Assembly (NCBI GenBank): GCA_049972095.1
Contig: JBMFKQ010000019.1
Span: forward strand, 1-30,928
Reading direction: 5' to 3'
Length of the DNA: 30,928 nucleotides
Origin: Elusimicrobiales bacterium
Lineage (GTDB): Bacteria; Elusimicrobiota; Elusimicrobia; Elusimicrobiales; UBA9959
Below the pieces are notes generated by a model, which worked only from the letters and a program-made list of their open reading frames with translations, did no database searches and had not been told where the DNA came from. Shown one piece after another: positions 27,602 through 30,928 of this stretch; the first letter of the stretch is position 1; every line of letters begins with the position of its first letter. A program made the position numbers and the translations under genes.

Positions 27602-28782
27602 AGGTTGAAATACCGTTAGGACCCCAACACCCTGCGCTTAAAGAGCCTGAAAACTTTATGCTTGTTCTTGATGGGGAGATGATAGTTGATGCAACAATAA
27701 ACCTTGGCTACAACCATAGAGGAATTGAAAAAGCAGCAGAAAACAGAAACTATATTCAAGATATATATCTAATTGAAAGAATATGTGGAATATGCTCACA
27801 CTCTCATACAAGCTGCTACATTAGTGCCGTTGAAGAGATTGCCAAGGTAGATATTCCAAAAAGAGCAAAAGCAATAAGAACACTTGTTGCGGAGCTTGAA
27901 AGGGTTCACTCTCATCTTCTTTGGCTTGGTGTTGCGGCTTTTGAGCTTGGATATGACACACTTTTTATGTACACATGGCGAGACAGAGAACAGGTCCTTG
28001 ACTGCCTGGAGCTTCTTACAGGAAACCGTGTTAATTATGGCATAAACACGCTTGGCGGAGTAAGAAGAGATATAACAAAAGAGCAGGCTGATGAGATACT
28101 TAGAAAAATAAAATACCTTAAAGAAAGGACATCATATTATACACAGGTCGTTGCCCAGGAACCAACCTTTCTTGCAAGAACACAGAATGTTGGGAAACTG
28201 CCCTATGATGTTGCCAAAGAGCTTAACGCCGTTGGCCCAGTAGCAAGGGCAAGCGGGCTTGATATAGATGTCAGAAGGGATGATCCATATTTCATCTATG
28301 ATGAGCTTGATTGGAAGGTCATAACATATAACAGCTGTGATGTCTTTGGAAGGGTTGTAGTAAGAGCGCTTGAAATGGTAGAGTCATATAAAATGATAGA
28401 GCAGATACTTAAAAACCTTCCTGAAGGTCCAATCTCTGTTAAACTTCCCTGGAAAATACCACCAGGTGAGGTAGTTTTCAGATACGAAGCCCCAAGAGGT
28501 GAAGATATTCATTACATAAAATCCAATGGAACAGAGTATCCCGAGAGAGTAAAGGTAAGGGCACCAACACTTGCAAACTTTCAATCACTTCCCTATTGTC
28601 TAAAAAACGGATATCTTGCAGATACAATCATAACAATAGCTGCTATAGATCCATGTATGAGCTGCACTGACAGGGCTGTTGTTTACGATATCAAGAAGAA
28701 CAAAACTGAAGTTTTTGATTGGGAAGAGTTAAGAAAATACTCGATAGAATTTTATGCTAAAAAAGGAATAAAATTCAGATAA
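27598..28782 (+). CDS. group 4 [NiFe]-hydrogenase large subunit
   Basis: GPQHP, L1 ERICGICSHSH, EAPRGE, L2 DPCMSCTDR plus C-terminal extension; start 27598 (ATGA overlap, GGAGGG SD) preferred over 27577. Confidence 0.95.
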   Translation: MKVEIPLGPQHPALKEPENFMLVLDGEMIVDATINLGYNHRGIEKAAENRNYIQDIYLIERICGICSHSHTSCYISAVEEIAKVDIPKRAKAIRTLVAELERVHSHLLWLGVAAFELGYDTLFMYTWRDREQVLDCLELLTGNRVNYGINTLGGVRRDITKEQADEILRKIKYLKERTSYYTQVVAQEPTFLARTQNVGKLPYDVAKELNAVGPVARASGLDIDVRRDDPYFIYDELDWKVITYNSCDVFGRVVVRALEMVESYKMIEQILKNLPEGPISVKLPWKIPPGEVVFRYEAPRGEDIHYIKSNGTEYPERVKVRAPTLANFQSLPYCLKNGYLADTIITIAAIDPCMSCTDRAVVYDIKKNKTEVFDWEELRKYSIEFYAKKGIKFR

Positions 28783-28793
28783 GGAGCAGACAT

Positions 28794-29732
28794 ATGGATA
28801 GTGTAATAATACCGTTAATCTATATTGTGCTGTTTCCAGGATTTGTGTTTCTTTCAATCTACGCTACTTTAATTCAATGGGTTGATAGAAAGCTTACTGC
28901 AAAGATTCAAAACAGAATTGGCCCACCAATCTTCCAGCCAGTTGCAGACTTCATAAAACTGATATCAAAGGAGATCATAATCCCTGACAACGCTGATAGG
29001 CTGCTTTTTACATCCCTGCCATATGTAGCAATGGCATCAATAATAACCTCTCTTACCATGATACCGGTAACAGGAAAACCACTTATATCATTTGAAGGAG
29101 ATATAGTTGTAGTCATATATCTGCTTACAATTCCAACTGCAACCTTTTTTCTTGCAGGATGGTCATCAACAAGCCCTTATTCAACAATAGGGGCAATGAG
29201 GGTTATGACACAGCTTTTTGGATATGAGGTTCCTCTTTTCCTTTCAGCTGCAGGTCCTGCAATACTTGCAGGAAGTTGGTCTATATACGAAATATCAAGA
29301 TATTTCGCATCAAAACCTATTATGATATTTCTCCATATACCATCAATAATAGCAGCCCTTCTTGCCTCCCAAGGAAAGCTTGAAAGAGTCCCATTTGACG
29401 CACCGCATGCAAAAAACGAGGTTGTTGGTGGGCAGTTCACAGAATATTCAGGAAGGCTACTTGCATTCTTTTATCTTGCAATAGATATAGAGATGGTAGT
29501 TCTTGCAGCACTGATATCAGCTGTCTTTTTTGGTGGTGTTGGAAATTTAACGGGATTTGATGCATTCATAGTATTTGTGATAAAGAGCTTTGCCATCTGT
29601 ATAATACTTACACTCTTTAAGGCACTTATGGCAAGGGTAAGGGTGGATCAAGTAGTCAAATTCTCATGGAAATACTTAGTAACACTTTCAATTTTTCAGA
29701 TAATACTTGACCTCTATATAAAATTAAAATAG
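28794..29732 (+). CDS. membrane subunit NuoH/HycD-like
   Basis: DRK..A.IQNRIGPP..QP.AD..KL..KE, RVPFD, TEYSG, R.RVDQ. Confidence 0.93.
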   Translation: MDSVIIPLIYIVLFPGFVFLSIYATLIQWVDRKLTAKIQNRIGPPIFQPVADFIKLISKEIIIPDNADRLLFTSLPYVAMASIITSLTMIPVTGKPLISFEGDIVVVIYLLTIPTATFFLAGWSSTSPYSTIGAMRVMTQLFGYEVPLFLSAAGPAILAGSWSIYEISRYFASKPIMIFLHIPSIIAALLASQGKLERVPFDAPHAKNEVVGGQFTEYSGRLLAFFYLAIDIEMVVLAALISAVFFGGVGNLTGFDAFIVFVIKSFAICIILTLFKALMARVRVDQVVKFSWKYLVTLSIFQIILDLYIKLK

Positions 29733-29740
29733 GAGAATTT

Positions 29741-30133
29741 ATGACAAAAAAACCTTTAAAACTACTTCCTGAGGCTTTAAGACAGATAAAAAGAAAACCT
29801 GCAACAGTAAAATATCCCTTTGAAAAAGCAAGGGTATATCCAGGATTCAGAGGAAAGGTTGTTTTTGACTCAGCTAAGTGTATAGGATGTAAAATGTGCA
29901 TGAGAGTATGTCCATCAAAGGCGATAGAAATAAACCAGGTAAGTCAGGAAACAAAAACGCTGGAAGATGGAAAGCAGATAACTATAAAAAAATACGAATG
30001 TATGATGAATCTTGACAGATGTATATACTGTGCTCAGTGCGTTGAGGTATGTCCTAAAAAAGCACTTGCATTTACTCAAGATTTTGAACTTGCTCAGCTT
30101 GAAAGATCAAAGCTAAAGCTCAAATATACTTAA
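29741..30133 (+). CDS. 2x[4Fe-4S] ferredoxin-like subunit (NuoI/EchF-like)
   Basis: TVKYP, CIGCKMCMRVCP and CIYCAQCVEVCP. Confidence 0.95.
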   Translation: MTKKPLKLLPEALRQIKRKPATVKYPFEKARVYPGFRGKVVFDSAKCIGCKMCMRVCPSKAIEINQVSQETKTLEDGKQITIKKYECMMNLDRCIYCAQCVEVCPKKALAFTQDFELAQLERSKLKLKYT

Positions 30134-30224
30134 AATCTTTTCTATATCTATACATTTTCATCCAAAATTCAAGACTGTCGCTGACCTCTGTTTTGTATTT
30201 AACCATTTAAAAAGGATAAGTAAG

Positions 30225-30293
30225 CTTTCACATCCATAATCCAAAATTTAAAAGACACATCTATCATCCACAATTCAACATTCAAAATCTAAA
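30225..30293. repeat. degenerate 7-bp tandem repeats (ATYYAHM), ~9 units
   Basis: CTTTCAC ATCCATA ATCCAAA ATTTAAA (AGACAC) ATCTATC ATCCACA ATTCAAC ATTCAAA ATCTAAA. Confidence 0.75.
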
Positions 30294-30297
30294 TGAT

Positions 30298-30350
30298 GGG
30301 GTTATACCACTCAAACTCCAAAAAGGATTTTTATTTCTCTCAGAAATCCA
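30298..30350. repeat. dispersed repeat related to 3247-3310
   Basis: CAAACTC..AAAGGATTTTTA.TTTC..CTCAGAAAT shared in direct orientation; 18-mer GGGGTTATACCACTCAAA matches the reverse complement of 3247-3264 at 15/18. Confidence 0.55.
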
Positions 30351-30370
30351 AATATATTGTAAAATAGTAG

Positions 30371-30928
30371 ATGATAACTATGGAAAAATTGTTAGATAAT
30401 TTAAAAAAATTACTTCAGAAAGATGAGCGTTTAGTTAGCGAAGGTGAGATTTTGAAGAATAAAATTATTGAGCTTGCTTTGAAGTTGGATAAGGATTTAA
30501 TAAAACTTCTTTTGTCTGATGAAAAGATGAAAGAGGTATTTTTTGTTGATGTAGAAGGAACTTTAATTTTTGATAAAGATAAGTTTATTAAGTTTGTTTC
30601 TAATAAGCAATTTTTACCGGATTCTTATACTGCTTTTAAAAATAAAATCGGTTTGATAGACGAAAAAGGCGAATTTATCAGTGAGAAAAAAGAGGTTGTG
30701 CTTTCCTGGCCATATAAGGACTGTGTTCTTGAAGGCGGAATGACCAAAGAAGACCAAAAAAGAGATGAGATTTTCTGGAATGAGATTTTAGCTCCGGATG
30801 AAATCAGCAGATTGTTAGACCCAAAAGTTTTTACTAATGCAAAAAGAATTGATGCAAAAGGAGAACATAAATTTGATGGCTTTAGAACCGATGAAAAAGG
30901 AAACATAAAAGATAATTTAATCATCAAA
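30371..30928 (+). CDS. mod: type III restriction-modification methyltransferase (Mod), 5' partial
   Basis: Open frame from ATG 30371 (or 30380) to the window end: MEKLLDNLKK..FLPDSYTAFKNKIGL..VVLSWPYKDCVLEGGMTKEDQKRDEIFWNEILAPDEI.RLLDPK..DNLIIK, recognised as a Mod N-terminal region; catalytic motifs lie beyond the window. Confidence 0.82.
   Translation, partial: MITMEKLLDNLKKLLQKDERLVSEGEILKNKIIELALKLDKDLIKLLLSDEKMKEVFFVDVEGTLIFDKDKFIKFVSNKQFLPDSYTAFKNKIGLIDEKGEFISEKKEVVLSWPYKDCVLEGGMTKEDQKRDEIFWNEILAPDEISRLLDPKVFTNAKRIDAKGEHKFDGFRTDEKGNIKDNLIIK

Noticed and set aside
20805..30133. NADH:quinone oxidoreductase (nuo) operon
   Set aside because: No NuoE/F/G and the large subunit retains both NiFe-binding CxxC motifs
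179..30293. CRISPR array, tRNA or rRNA
   Set aside because: Repeats are 7-bp tandem units without spacers; no cloverleaf or rRNA-like stretch seen; no cas genes
1527..30927. Short alternative-frame and antisense ORFs in the track (e.g. 1527-1751, 5018-5278, 7721-8149, 16401-16853, 30625-30927)
   Set aside because: They overlap well-supported genes and show shadow-ORF composition with no motifs

Overview
AT-rich bacterial chromosomal window, probably from an anaerobe; Elusimicrobiota-like affinity is a guess only. (1) 267-6457: an accessory-looking, very AT-rich enzyme cluster. It encodes one SPASM/twitch-type radical SAM enzyme, two paralogous U32 pairs (UbiU-like + UbiV-like Fe-S proteins, in opposite orientations) and two stand-alone tetrapyrrole-methylase-fold methyltransferases resembling the borosin/YabN-N clade. 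Its spacers carry heptamer repeats, a MITE-like hairpin element and a palindromic bidirectional -10 box. This is the best candidate for an undescribed peptide- or RNA-modification system, and it may extend off the left edge. (2) 6496-20718: housekeeping genes nusB, ligA, a strongly degenerate purH-like gene, gpsA, a NUDIX-uvrC(short)-MGMT repair operon, dnaE, a receiver-only regulator, kbl/bioF-type PLP enzyme and ispH fused to a membrane domain. (3) 20805-30133: an 11-gene membrane-bound group 4 [NiFe]-hydrogenase operon with complex-I-like architecture. (4) 30371-30928: the 5' part of a type III restriction-modification Mod gene that the ORF track missed. No rRNA, tRNA, CRISPR array or transposase was seen.
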